From positions 1 through 64,000 of the forward strand of contig NZ_MWQY01000019.1 of assembly GCF_002087085.1 (NCBI RefSeq): a stretch of 64,000 bases of DNA. Reading direction: 5' to 3'. The position numbers were made by a program, and so were the translations under genes. The notes under the pieces are model-generated. The model did no database searches. It was not told the DNA's origin and was given only the letters and a program-made list of their open reading frames with translations. Shown here in pieces: positions 51,916 to 61,655 of this stretch (position 1 is the first letter of the stretch; every line of letters begins with the position of its first letter).

Positions 51916-52155
51916 TTATTCAGCTTCCTGCAGCATGGGGATGATCTGATCCTTTTTCAGGACCTTGCCGGAACTCACGACCTTCCCGTCTATTGCCAGG
52001 GCGGGAGTCATCATTACCCCCATCTCCATTATTGTATCGATGTCGGTGACCTTGACGATCTCTGCATCGATATTCGCATCCGCAAGCGCCAGACGCGCCT
52101 GTTCTTCAAGCATTCTGCATTTCGGGCAGCCGGCGCCCAGGACCTGAATGATCAT
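51916..52155 (-). CDS. Small thioredoxin-like redox protein (MTH895/ArsE-like)
   Basis: VLGAGCPKC...GVMMTPALAIDG. Confidence 0.88.
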   Translation of the reverse strand: MIIQVLGAGCPKCRMLEEQARLALADANIDAEIVKVTDIDTIMEMGVMMTPALAIDGKVVSSGKVLKKDQIIPMLQEAE

Positions 52156-52189
52156 TATTGCCTCCTGTAAAATCAATCTGATAGCACAC

Positions 52190-52255
52190 TTGGCAATATA
52201 GCCAAATACACAAGAACTTGCAAGTCCCGACCAGGTTATTTGGTCATCTTGCCAA
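52190..52255. promoter_or_regulatory. Two related palindromic ArsR operator candidates in the divergent promoter region
   Basis: ttggc-aatata-gccaa (52190-52205) and ttggtcatcttgccaa (52240-52255). Confidence 0.65.
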
Positions 52256-52283
52256 GAACATTACAGGAAGGTATACTGTCATC

Positions 52284-52643
52284 ATGTATTGTACAAATCC
52301 GGAAGAGGCCGGCGGGCAGCCGAACATGCAGCGGATATCAGAACTCGCCGGGGTATTAAAGGCCCTGGGGCATCCGTCGAGATTGCTGATCGTTGAAGCC
52401 CTGGGAAGAGAACCCCATTGTGTCTGCGAGCTCACAGCCATGATAGGCGCCGATACCTCCACCGTATCCAAGCACCTGTCCCTGTTGAAGAATGCCGGGG
52501 TTGTCCGGGATGAAAAACGGGGAAACCAGGTATTCTATTCCCTTACCTGCCGGTGCGTGATTGAAGCGGTAAGCCATCTTCTTCCACTCATGGAGCAGAA
52601 GCTCCAGCATTACAGCGAGGTAATGGAAACATCCCGTACCTGA
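52284..52643 (+). CDS. arsR: ArsR/SmtB family metalloregulator
   Basis: LKALGHPSRL, HCVCEL, STVSKHLSLLK..G; start could be 52284 or 52326. Confidence 0.9.
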   Translation: MYCTNPEEAGGQPNMQRISELAGVLKALGHPSRLLIVEALGREPHCVCELTAMIGADTSTVSKHLSLLKNAGVVRDEKRGNQVFYSLTCRCVIEAVSHLLPLMEQKLQHYSEVMETSRT

Positions 52644-52647
52644 AGCA

Positions 52648-53841
52648 CTATACTCCGCCGAACCAGATCAGAACCGCAAGCAGAAGGAAGAGCAGTCCCA
52701 TGGCAGTCTTACCTGCGGGAATATGCCTGCTGAACCAGTCCCTGATAAACTGCTGCTCCACCCCCGCAAGGGCAAGGACGAGAATCCCGGTAAGGGGCAG
52801 AATAAAAGCCAGGTTATATACAAAAAGCCAGAATATCTGTATACCCGCCCCTTTCCCTGCCCCGGATTGAAGCATGTACGCGATGGTGGGAAGGTAGATC
52901 TGTCCCGTGCAGGCGAGCTCAAGCAGGGCGACAATAAATCCGGAAACAACAAATGCGATAAGCAGCGGGACAACCGGAGTGCCCTTTCCCGAAGGGTTCC
53001 TTCGAATCACCCCATGGATTCGCCTCTTCAGTCCTTTCGGCAATTGAAGGAGCATGGTACCGGCCTGCCCACTGCCTGCCCGGAGAGCATCCTTGAAGGA
53101 AAGCAGCGCCAGCAGCAGGGCCATACCAGCAAACAGATACCGAACTGCCAGACGCAAAAGATCCATGGCAGAGGCGCTGCGTAGAAAAGCCAGCAGCCCG
53201 AAGCCGATCCCCAGGTAGGCAATAAAAACGCCCGAGATAAAAGCGCCGCCGGATAAGAGAATACGCCGACGTCCGCCTCCCCTTAAGGTAATCCAGGAAA
53301 TAAAAAAGAGCATCGTCACAAAAGCGCAGGGATTAACACCATCGATGAGGCCGGCGAGAAACACAGGCACCACAGCAAGGCTTACCGGAGAGCTCTTATT
53401 CGCCGTCCCTTTTTCCGGGACCCGGGGGCGGTATTCCCCATGCTCTGCAAAATGGATTAATTCTTCCGGAAGGTTCTCTTCCACGGCACTGTTTCCCTGG
53501 TAGACGTTATTGCCGATAACGAGAACCGGGAAAACAGTAAATTCATAGCCCCGCCGGGAAAGCTCCTGTTCGCAGCGTTCATATCCTGACCGGGACAGAA
53601 TATCGTAGTAGTTGGCCGAGGCCCTGATGCCGGCCTCCTCCTCCGCCTGGGGAAGTACCTTTTCTGCAAACAGATCACAGTGGGTACAGCCGATTTCGCC
53701 GTAGTAATCAAAGACGACGGGACTCCCCTCTTCACCCAGAAGGGTGGAGCCGGAGCAGTGGAGAATAATGAGCAATGCAGTAAACAAGAATGATCTTTCC
53801 ATGTCCTTAGGGAAACTATCACATTCCACGACTGCTGTCAC
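52648..53841 (-). CDS. Thioredoxin-fold plus CcdA/DsbD-like transmembrane protein
   Basis: GCTHC exported domain; GLIDGVNPCAF and ELACTGQIY conserved TM cysteines; exact start uncertain. Confidence 0.78.
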   Translation of the reverse strand: MTAVVECDSFPKDMERSFLFTALLIILHCSGSTLLGEEGSPVVFDYYGEIGCTHCDLFAEKVLPQAEEEAGIRASANYYDILSRSGYERCEQELSRRGYEFTVFPVLVIGNNVYQGNSAVEENLPEELIHFAEHGEYRPRVPEKGTANKSSPVSLAVVPVFLAGLIDGVNPCAFVTMLFFISWITLRGGGRRRILLSGGAFISGVFIAYLGIGFGLLAFLRSASAMDLLRLAVRYLFAGMALLLALLSFKDALRAGSGQAGTMLLQLPKGLKRRIHGVIRRNPSGKGTPVVPLLIAFVVSGFIVALLELACTGQIYLPTIAYMLQSGAGKGAGIQIFWLFVYNLAFILPLTGILVLALAGVEQQFIRDWFSRHIPAGKTAMGLLFLLLAVLIWFGGV

Positions 53842-53929
53842 TGAAATTTAGAGGATGCAGATCAGCGGATCAATGGTATACTGACTCAACTAAGCTTCGC
53901 TTCACAGAATGAAAAAGGAGTATCTCCAC

Positions 53930-54559
53930 ATGAACAACTATCCTCCTGTCGATACCGATCTTCTTTCAGCACAGCCTGAAATCCCTGGTTTCGAATGGTT
54001 TAATCCTCCGGCGGAATGGGTGATCGAAAAAGGATCGATGATTATTACCTCTGAACCGGAAACCGATTTTTTCCGTTCCCCCCGGGGAGTCCAGCCGAAG
54101 GACAATGCCCACTTCCTGTTTTATCCGGTTTCTGGTGACTTCTCCGTTAAAACGCACCTGAAGGCTGATCTCAAGGCATTCGGTGATGCCGGCGGGCTGA
54201 CCATTCGTCTGTCAGCGGAAAGATGGGCAAAACTCTGCATAGAGAGAAGCCCCGCGGGAGAAATCAACATTGTCAGCGTCGTGACCGACGGCTACTCGGA
54301 TGATGCCAACAACGAGCTGCTCACCCAGCCGGAAGCCTTTTTACGGATCACCCGGCGGGGGGGCCTGGTGGGATTTCATTACAGTCTGGATGGAAAGATC
54401 TGGCGTTTTGCACGAAACTTCCGTTTTCCTGTTCCCGACGGAGAGGCTCTTCTTACAGGAATTCATGTTCAGTCTCCCTACAGCGATGGCTGCAGTGCGG
54501 GATTCAGAGAATTAGTCTTTTCCAAGGATACCGTTGAAAATTTCAAATCGGGAGAATAA
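53930..54559 (+). CDS. DUF1349 (concanavalin-like) protein
   Basis: W.N.P..W, TDFF, WAKLCIE, SVVT.GYSDD.N, YS.DG..W. Confidence 0.75.
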   Translation: MNNYPPVDTDLLSAQPEIPGFEWFNPPAEWVIEKGSMIITSEPETDFFRSPRGVQPKDNAHFLFYPVSGDFSVKTHLKADLKAFGDAGGLTIRLSAERWAKLCIERSPAGEINIVSVVTDGYSDDANNELLTQPEAFLRITRRGGLVGFHYSLDGKIWRFARNFRFPVPDGEALLTGIHVQSPYSDGCSAGFRELVFSKDTVENFKSGE

Positions 54560-54577
54560 GCAGGCATATCGTTTTTT

Positions 54578-56434
54578 ATGAAAAAGGTTAATGAGGAAAT
54601 AAAAAGACAGATTCTTGGCCTGCTGGCGGTGGTACTTTTTGTAGGTACAATATGGGGAATAGTAAACAGCTGGTACTTCGCCCTGGCCAGAGAGTACACC
54701 CGTAACCATTTTGTTGAACTCGCCCTTCCCTACCGGGAATCCTTCATCGGGGCAATAAAGGAGCGCTTTGCCCTGGTTGAAGGGCTGGCCTCCTTTGCGA
54801 GTGCGGTCCCCGAAGAGACCGTATCCACCGCGTTCAATGATTTCGCCGCAGGTATCTTTGATGAAAAAAAAGGGATACGCAACATATCCATAGCCCCGGG
54901 GGGAATCCAGAAGTATGTGTATCCCCTGCGAACGAACGAGATTGTTTCCGGTCATAATCTATTGAAGGATCCCAGACCGGAGGTTCAAAAGGATATAAAG
55001 CTCGCCATGGAAACCGGGGAGCTGATAATCAGCGGCCCTTACGAACTGCGTCAGGGCGGTCAGGGACTTATCGCCCGAAAAGCCTTGTTCAGAGACGACA
55101 GCTTTCAGGGCCTTGTAACCATCGTACTCGATATGCCACCCATTTATCGGGAAAGCGGAATACAAGATGCCCGGAAGATTTCTATAACCCTGCTGGATGC
55201 ACAGCAGCGCCTGTTTTTCGGTCCTGAACCGGGAGAAAATCCCATAAACCTGAAAATGCAGATAACAGATGAAGTCTGGCAGATGCTGGTGATGCCTAAA
55301 AACAGCTGGCAGATCGAGTACTTCCGCGTAATGCAGCCCTTTTTCTTCATGACCATAATAATTGCGCTGTTTTCCGGCGGCGGCCTTTTTCTCCTGGCCC
55401 GGAAGATGTTCTCCCTTTCCCGAAAAGCCCGACTGGAACAACTGCGCTACAAAAACCTTTTTAACAGCATCAGTGATGCTATTTTTGTCACCGACGAACA
55501 AAGACGCATCATTGATGCCAACCAGCCTGCCCTGCAGAGCATGTTCGGGTATGACCTGGACGAGATTGCCGGAAAGGATACATCCCTGATTTATGCATCC
55601 CGAAGTGACTTTGATAAGATCGGGAATCTGCTTTCAGAAAAATCCACAGACAGAACCGGCACCCTCCTGGAGGTAGCTCTTAAACGGAAGGACGGTTCAG
55701 TTTTTCCGGCGGAAATAAGCATTCCCAGGTATCTGGATAACCGGGGAAAAACCATCGGTAAAATCGGAATAATCCGGGACATAACGGACAGAAAATTAGC
55801 CCGCGAAGCCCTGCACCGTGAAATCGAAGAAAAGAAAACACTCCTGAGGGAGATTCATCACCGGGTAAAAAATAACCTGAACATCGTGGCCAGTCTGCTG
55901 AATCTGCAAAAGAACGAGTTCCAGACCGAGGTATCGGCCCGTCAGTCCTTTGACGATATGGCAAAACGTATCCACTCCATGGCCATGATACATGATTCCC
56001 TCTACAACAGCGGAAGCCTTTCCAGTGTTACCATGTCAACGTATATACGGAAACTTATCAGCGAACTGAATGCCTCCCTGGGAAGACCTCCGCTGATAAG
56101 GATTGATGCCGACCTCGAGGACATCCAGCTGAATATAACCAGCGCTGTTCCCTGCGGAATTCTCATCAACGAACTGATTACCAACGCCATCAAGCATGCG
56201 TTCCGGGACCGTTCAGAAGGCAGAATCCATGTGTCCCTTGGGAAAAAAACTGGAACGCATACCATTGTGCTGACAGTCAAGGATAACGGCAGCGGCCTGA
56301 ATCCCGATTTCTCACTGGAATCATCTGCATCCCTTGGCATGCGACTGATACAGCTTTTGACATCCCAGCTGGACGGTACCTTGAGCTACAACAGTAACCA
56401 GGGCGCGACCTTCAGCGTGGAGTTCGAGGAGTGA
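54578..56434 (+). CDS. Sensor histidine kinase: CHASE - PAS - HisKA_2/HATPase
   Basis: Two TMs around a CHASE-like domain (SGPYELRQGG); PAS/PAC; EIHHRVKNNL; NELITNAIKHAF; DNGSG. Confidence 0.9.
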   Translation: MKKVNEEIKRQILGLLAVVLFVGTIWGIVNSWYFALAREYTRNHFVELALPYRESFIGAIKERFALVEGLASFASAVPEETVSTAFNDFAAGIFDEKKGIRNISIAPGGIQKYVYPLRTNEIVSGHNLLKDPRPEVQKDIKLAMETGELIISGPYELRQGGQGLIARKALFRDDSFQGLVTIVLDMPPIYRESGIQDARKISITLLDAQQRLFFGPEPGENPINLKMQITDEVWQMLVMPKNSWQIEYFRVMQPFFFMTIIIALFSGGGLFLLARKMFSLSRKARLEQLRYKNLFNSISDAIFVTDEQRRIIDANQPALQSMFGYDLDEIAGKDTSLIYASRSDFDKIGNLLSEKSTDRTGTLLEVALKRKDGSVFPAEISIPRYLDNRGKTIGKIGIIRDITDRKLAREALHREIEEKKTLLREIHHRVKNNLNIVASLLNLQKNEFQTEVSARQSFDDMAKRIHSMAMIHDSLYNSGSLSSVTMSTYIRKLISELNASLGRPPLIRIDADLEDIQLNITSAVPCGILINELITNAIKHAFRDRSEGRIHVSLGKKTGTHTIVLTVKDNGSGLNPDFSLESSASLGMRLIQLLTSQLDGTLSYNSNQGATFSVEFEE

Positions 56435-56472
56435 TAGAGTTGATACTTAGCCATACATAATTAATATACAGA

Positions 56473-58035
56473 TTATTCTTCTGTTGTAAATATATAGCTC
56501 GAACTATAAACCGTACCCCCACGTGAATGGGTAACATAACGCCATGTATAGGTTACACCAGGCTGAAGTTTCTGTGAAAGAGGGACAATAAAATAATTAA
56601 CATCCAGACCTGGAGCAACTGTTGTCCAAACATGACCGTTCAATATCTGCAGATCGTAGGTGGCAAGAAATGTGCCCGGCCATTGTATCGTCGGGGTCAG
56701 GGAAACCCCCTTCTCCTTATTGAATGGATATACAGGTGAAACATAGATTATCCTGCTCCCTGCAGGCGACCAGTTGTATCGGGCATCCCGTTCCATGACA
56801 GACACTGTATTGCTTCCATACGCAAGACTCGATCCGGGTGTATAACTGGTTGCTGTGGTAGAACTGCTCCAATTCCCGCTGTTCAATCTGTATTGATAGA
56901 CGCCAGCTCCGCCGTTACCCCCGGTAGACCAGCTCCACGTGGGTGTACGGTCCAAAGTAGGTGATGTTCCGGATACAGACGGGGCATTCGGAGGAATAGA
57001 ATCGATGTAAATCGTATCGGAATCCTGGGAGAAATTGCCCGCCCGATCATACACTGTAACTGTTGCAGATTTATTCACATAATTTGCCGCACCAAAATAG
57101 GCATTTGTCGATACGGGTGAACTTGATATATGTGTAAACAAGCCTGCGATATCCGTAGTATCAACCTTAACAAAGAGCTCACTAAGAGAACTGCTCCCCG
57201 CGTCGGACACTGAATATGTAAGTGGTACAGCGGTTGATGTAGAATATGAGGCTCCTCCGGCCAGGGATACTCCTGATACGACAGGATCGAGACTGTCCAA
57301 CTTAATGTTAACTGCTACAGGATTTCCTATAATATATGTGCCGCCTATCGTACATGAAACTCGAAACCACACAGTTTTATTACCTTCGCCTGTGGATAAT
57401 TCAAAGGGAACTGTTGTTGCTGTTAAGGCGCTTAATGAACCATTTACTTTCGGATCCCCAAAGTTCTCGTTTTCACTGACCACATAGTCGATTGACGAAC
57501 CAGCATCATTTACAGAAATACCGATATTCACAGTCCGTGAATCCGTATAGCCACTGAGACTGGCTGGATTCTGACTGATGACAGTAAATGATCCTGCCGG
57601 GAATTTGCCGGTAGTGAATCCCCATGAAACGCTCTCCTGTAAGGAGCTGTTATCAGTTCCACGCACCCCATTCACGGTTATAGTGTACGAGTGCTCACTC
57701 TGGAAGGGGGTTTCCGGTCGTATGGTCAGAACGTTTGTTACACTGTTAAAATCAGGATTATCAAAGGCGAGTCCGCTTGTCCCATCGCTGATATACACTG
57801 TGTCAGAACTTACTGACGTTAGAGCAACAGACCTGTCGAATTCTATTTCCAGAGGATCCTGCGGATTAATATTTTCAGCGCCTTTTCCCGGACTAAAACT
57901 TACCACCTCCAAAAACAGATCATTCGCGATCTTTACCTCAGTCTCGACCTCCGTGACAAAATCTATGGGTTCCGAGCAGGTTGTAACAAGGAGCAAGGCT
58001 GCAGAGAGCATAAAAATACCGATTAACCGTTTCAT
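56473..58035 (-). CDS. Ig-like (SbsA/Big_5) repeat lipoprotein
   Basis: Spirochaetal-type lipobox (LVTTC); F(D)..V...Y.ITV...W.FTT Ig domain; Ser/Thr-rich beta repeats. Confidence 0.72.
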   Translation of the reverse strand: MKRLIGIFMLSAALLLVTTCSEPIDFVTEVETEVKIANDLFLEVVSFSPGKGAENINPQDPLEIEFDRSVALTSVSSDTVYISDGTSGLAFDNPDFNSVTNVLTIRPETPFQSEHSYTITVNGVRGTDNSSLQESVSWGFTTGKFPAGSFTVISQNPASLSGYTDSRTVNIGISVNDAGSSIDYVVSENENFGDPKVNGSLSALTATTVPFELSTGEGNKTVWFRVSCTIGGTYIIGNPVAVNIKLDSLDPVVSGVSLAGGASYSTSTAVPLTYSVSDAGSSSLSELFVKVDTTDIAGLFTHISSSPVSTNAYFGAANYVNKSATVTVYDRAGNFSQDSDTIYIDSIPPNAPSVSGTSPTLDRTPTWSWSTGGNGGAGVYQYRLNSGNWSSSTTATSYTPGSSLAYGSNTVSVMERDARYNWSPAGSRIIYVSPVYPFNKEKGVSLTPTIQWPGTFLATYDLQILNGHVWTTVAPGLDVNYFIVPLSQKLQPGVTYTWRYVTHSRGGTVYSSSYIFTTEE

Positions 58036-58037
58036 GT

Positions 58038-60110
58038 CTACTCCTCCTCGTCCCAGCTGCCCACTTCCCGCTTAAGCGCCTGGGAAGCCCGTCCGGTCCC
58101 CTCCTGCGCTGATCCAAGATAGGCAAACTCCGATGCCAGTCCCGGAGCAGTGCTCCGGAGTTTCTGCAGAGCCCTGTCGGTCTCATCGTAGCGTTCCAGT
58201 TCGTAACTCGCCCTGGCCACCCCCAGGAGGGCCTTACTGTTGTTTGGAGCCGTCCTGCTCGCCCGGTCGTAATACTCCAGGGCCCGGGACATCTCTCCCT
58301 GCAGGTAGTATATATTTCCCAGGTTGACCATGGCGGGGACATATTCACTGATCCTGAGTATGGCCCTGAACTGCTCCGCCGCTTTATCCAGCACACCGAA
58401 GCGGGCATAGAGAATCCCCAGCTTGTTCCTGGTCCAGACGGTATTTGTCGCCGAGGCGAGCTGTCCATTCAGTTCAATTACCCTGGGTTCGATCTGCCGG
58501 TTGATAAAGGTAATCAGGGCCTTCCGGTAGTTTTCCATCAGCCGATCCTCGTTGGGAAGCATGATGCCTGCTCCCCCTGCTGCGAAACCGACGGGTTCAT
58601 AAAGCTTCCAGGCCTCCCGGACGGAATAGAAACCGGCTGTTCCGGCCTCACTGGTCTCCCGCCACTCCCTGGCGCCGATCTGCCAGGATTTCAGGAAGCC
58701 TTCACGCACAAGGGTTATTTCCACGGGAATCCAGGTATCATCTTCACGAAAGATCAGTTCCCGGGTGTCAATAAACAGCTTCTCCGCCTGCTCCGGGGCC
58801 ATTCCAAGGGCAAAGGCCATGTAGATGTGACCGGGGGCGGTTATAAAAGCCGTCCTGATTCCCACTGACTCCAGCAGAGCTGCATACAGAATGGAGAGAT
58901 CGTCGCAGTCTCCCGCCTTGTAGGCGATGGACTGGTTCGGAAACTGAAGATAATCAAGGGCTTCTTTGTTGGCAGAGAATTCGGCATAGGGAGTAGTCGG
59001 GTCCTGAACATATCCCATGCCGTATACTCCCAGGGCTTCGTAAACGCCAAGGGCGGTGCGAAAGTTTTCGTTGATGGCGGTGGATTTATCGGAACCCACA
59101 ACGGCGGCGACGTTCTTGGCAAAACTCATGACCAGGGGGTCCCGGGCGGTAACGAAGGCCGCAGCCTTGCGGTCATCATCCCAGGTCATGGCGTTCCGGT
59201 TATTTACGATTACGGTAACCGGTACGGTGGTACTCATGGATGTTCCGATATAGTCGTACTCCAGCAGCAGTTCCCCCGCGACCTTGGTGCCTTCGGTCAC
59301 CCGGAATATCTCCTCGGAAAACAGGGCATATACAGGAACCGTCTCCTGTGCACCGGCCGGAAAGGTCCTGTACTCGGCGCACAGCTTCGGCTGGTCCATA
59401 AACTGCCGGACATAAAAACTGACCTTAAGGCTGTTCAGGGGTAAGGAGTCCCGGTTTTCCAGGTGAAGTACACCGGCGGGGTTATTTTCGTAATAAGAAT
59501 AAAAAAGCGGAAATATGGGTATAAGCTCCGGGACATAGTAGAGGTCTGCCCCCCTGGAGGCGCCCCCAAGCTGGTAACGGACCCCCAGACCAAAACTCAG
59601 CCCCTGAAGGGCAGACTCACCGCTTGTCATATAATCACGATACTCGGCATCCAGACCAATGCTCAAACCCGGATTTATACGGTAGGCGGCAAAGGCCCCT
59701 CCCCCCCAGAAAGGATCACGTACGGACCCAGCTTCTATAATTCCCATATAGATACCGCCGAAACCCCGAAGTCCCAGATTCAGACGGGCTATCGGCTGAT
59801 ACTGTAATCCGAGACTTGGCCCGATACTGAGAAAACTGGCGTTCTGATCGGAACCGTTTATCGGTACCACCGTTGCATCCAGCAGAAGTCCGGAAAGAAG
59901 ATACGGCAGAGAAGACGGAGTATAGGTACCTTCGAGGCTGACGCCTCCGCCGGCGGTGTAAAAGGCGGTTCCATCATCCAGCTCGGGACCAAGGGGTACA
60001 GTAAGCATGGGCCGGGCGCTTATGTTTATATCTCCGGACTGGCAAAAAATAAAACCGGAACACAGGAGCAGCAAGGCGGGGAGCATTCCATACTTTTTCA
60101 TAGCCGTCAC
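58038..60110 (-). CDS. Exported protein: beta-barrel-like N-domain, transglutaminase-like core, C-terminal TPR
   Basis: Signal peptide; amphipathic strands ending GLGVRY; GDCDD...PGHIY...PVEIT; TPR repeats (NLGNIYY...ALEYY). Confidence 0.7.
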   Translation of the reverse strand: MTAMKKYGMLPALLLLCSGFIFCQSGDINISARPMLTVPLGPELDDGTAFYTAGGGVSLEGTYTPSSLPYLLSGLLLDATVVPINGSDQNASFLSIGPSLGLQYQPIARLNLGLRGFGGIYMGIIEAGSVRDPFWGGGAFAAYRINPGLSIGLDAEYRDYMTSGESALQGLSFGLGVRYQLGGASRGADLYYVPELIPIFPLFYSYYENNPAGVLHLENRDSLPLNSLKVSFYVRQFMDQPKLCAEYRTFPAGAQETVPVYALFSEEIFRVTEGTKVAGELLLEYDYIGTSMSTTVPVTVIVNNRNAMTWDDDRKAAAFVTARDPLVMSFAKNVAAVVGSDKSTAINENFRTALGVYEALGVYGMGYVQDPTTPYAEFSANKEALDYLQFPNQSIAYKAGDCDDLSILYAALLESVGIRTAFITAPGHIYMAFALGMAPEQAEKLFIDTRELIFREDDTWIPVEITLVREGFLKSWQIGAREWRETSEAGTAGFYSVREAWKLYEPVGFAAGGAGIMLPNEDRLMENYRKALITFINRQIEPRVIELNGQLASATNTVWTRNKLGILYARFGVLDKAAEQFRAILRISEYVPAMVNLGNIYYLQGEMSRALEYYDRASRTAPNNSKALLGVARASYELERYDETDRALQKLRSTAPGLASEFAYLGSAQEGTGRASQALKREVGSWDEEE

Positions 60111-60316
60111 CTACCAGGCATTATTTGCAGGCAAATGCCGAAGCTCAACAAAGCAGGCAGGACTAAGGTCTTTGTCTACCTACAAGTATAGCACTTTTTT
60201 GCGAATGTGCCAGAATACTGCTGCTGTTTCTCCCGGCTTTCTTCGTACGTACTGCTCTTCTTACACCTTGTTTTCTCCTGAGCTTTGAGGTATATTGCAG
60301 ATCACAAATAAACAGT

Positions 60317-61303
60317 ATGAGCAGATTACCTATTATTGATCAGGACTGGATTAAAGTACGCGCCACAAACCTCAAGTATTACGATAATATCGAGCTGTAT
60401 TTCAAGAATCCCTTCGGCAAGATCGTCCTGTACAAACCTGCGGGTATGAATTTCACCGATGAGAGCCTTAAAAAGAAGCCTTTCCTGGGGGATCTGTATG
60501 TTAAACCTGAAGATAAAATCCGGGCGCTTCAGGAGGCCCAGAGGGGATTCAGCAATAATTTCTCCGGCAGTATAATCTCCCAGGGAACCAGGAAAGTAAA
60601 AGAAGAACTGATCAGTATAATCGACGAAACCCTGGCTGAACCCCGGGCCGGAAGTCTGGCGGTGGTACCGGAGGCCATGGAGGCCATAATTGACGGCTAC
60701 TCCCGGCAGCCCAGCGTAATTAAAAACCTGGCAAAAATTTCCCACTCTGACTACTCAACGGCTATCCATTCCATCAATGTCATGGCTCTTGCAGTGGGAT
60801 ACTGCTTTTATACCTGCCGTTCCAGGGAAGAGACCTTAACCATCGGTCTTGCAGCCCTGCTCCACGACGTGGGAAAAACTGAAATTCCCCAGGAAATCCT
60901 GACTGCCCCCCGGAACCTGAGCAGTTCCGAGTTTCTTATCATGAAGAAACACCCGGAAATAGGGGCGGACATACTGGAAACCTACGCCTCGGACCTGCTC
61001 CAGACCCTCCCCGGAACCCTGGAACATCACGAAAAACTCGACGGCAGCGGGTACCCCCGGGGGACTACCGACATATCCGATATTGGACAGATCCTCAGTG
61101 TAATCGACTGTTACGAGGCAATCACGAATGACGAGCGCCCATACAGGAACTCAATGAAACCGATCAGCGCGCTGAAACTCCTGAAGGAAGAGACTGACCT
61201 GGGCAGATTCAACCGCCGGATCTTTGAAGATTTTGCCTACAGCCTTACGGATTTTTCATCCGTTTCGAATCACAAGACCTACCGATCAATTCTGGGAACC
61301 TGA
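60317..61303 (+). CDS. HD-GYP domain phosphodiesterase
   Basis: HSINV, LLHDVGK, HP..G, HHEKLDGSGYP, D.YEA.T..RPY. Confidence 0.92.
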   Translation: MSRLPIIDQDWIKVRATNLKYYDNIELYFKNPFGKIVLYKPAGMNFTDESLKKKPFLGDLYVKPEDKIRALQEAQRGFSNNFSGSIISQGTRKVKEELISIIDETLAEPRAGSLAVVPEAMEAIIDGYSRQPSVIKNLAKISHSDYSTAIHSINVMALAVGYCFYTCRSREETLTIGLAALLHDVGKTEIPQEILTAPRNLSSSEFLIMKKHPEIGADILETYASDLLQTLPGTLEHHEKLDGSGYPRGTTDISDIGQILSVIDCYEAITNDERPYRNSMKPISALKLLKEETDLGRFNRRIFEDFAYSLTDFSSVSNHKTYRSILGT

Positions 61304-61360
61304 GTATCAGGCTCTTTCCACCTTGCGTAATTACTGCTCCCCGTTGCATACTCGGGAACC

Positions 61361-61648
61361 ATGAGCGTAAACATACGGGACCTTCTTAAAGAGTACGACC
61401 TCGAAATAGATGATCTGCGCTGGTATCTGAGCATACAGATGACAGAACGCCTGTTGACCTACCGTGAGGAACCCCTGCTGCTCACGGAACTGATCTGGCG
61501 GGGGACCCTGGGAGACGAACTCTACGATATGGAAGAACGTTACCTTCGGGAATCCCAGGAACAGATGGACCGTGGAGTTCTGGATGAGACCCGTGTGCGG
61601 GAGCAGCTCAACCAGGCCCTTAGGGCCCGGCGGCTGCGGCATCGATAA
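61361..61648 (+). CDS. Small hypothetical protein
   Basis: Charged, helical-looking 95-aa ORF filling the intergenic space. Confidence 0.6.
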   Translation: MSVNIRDLLKEYDLEIDDLRWYLSIQMTERLLTYREEPLLLTELIWRGTLGDELYDMEERYLRESQEQMDRGVLDETRVREQLNQALRARRLRHR

Positions 61649-61655
61649 ACTTCAA

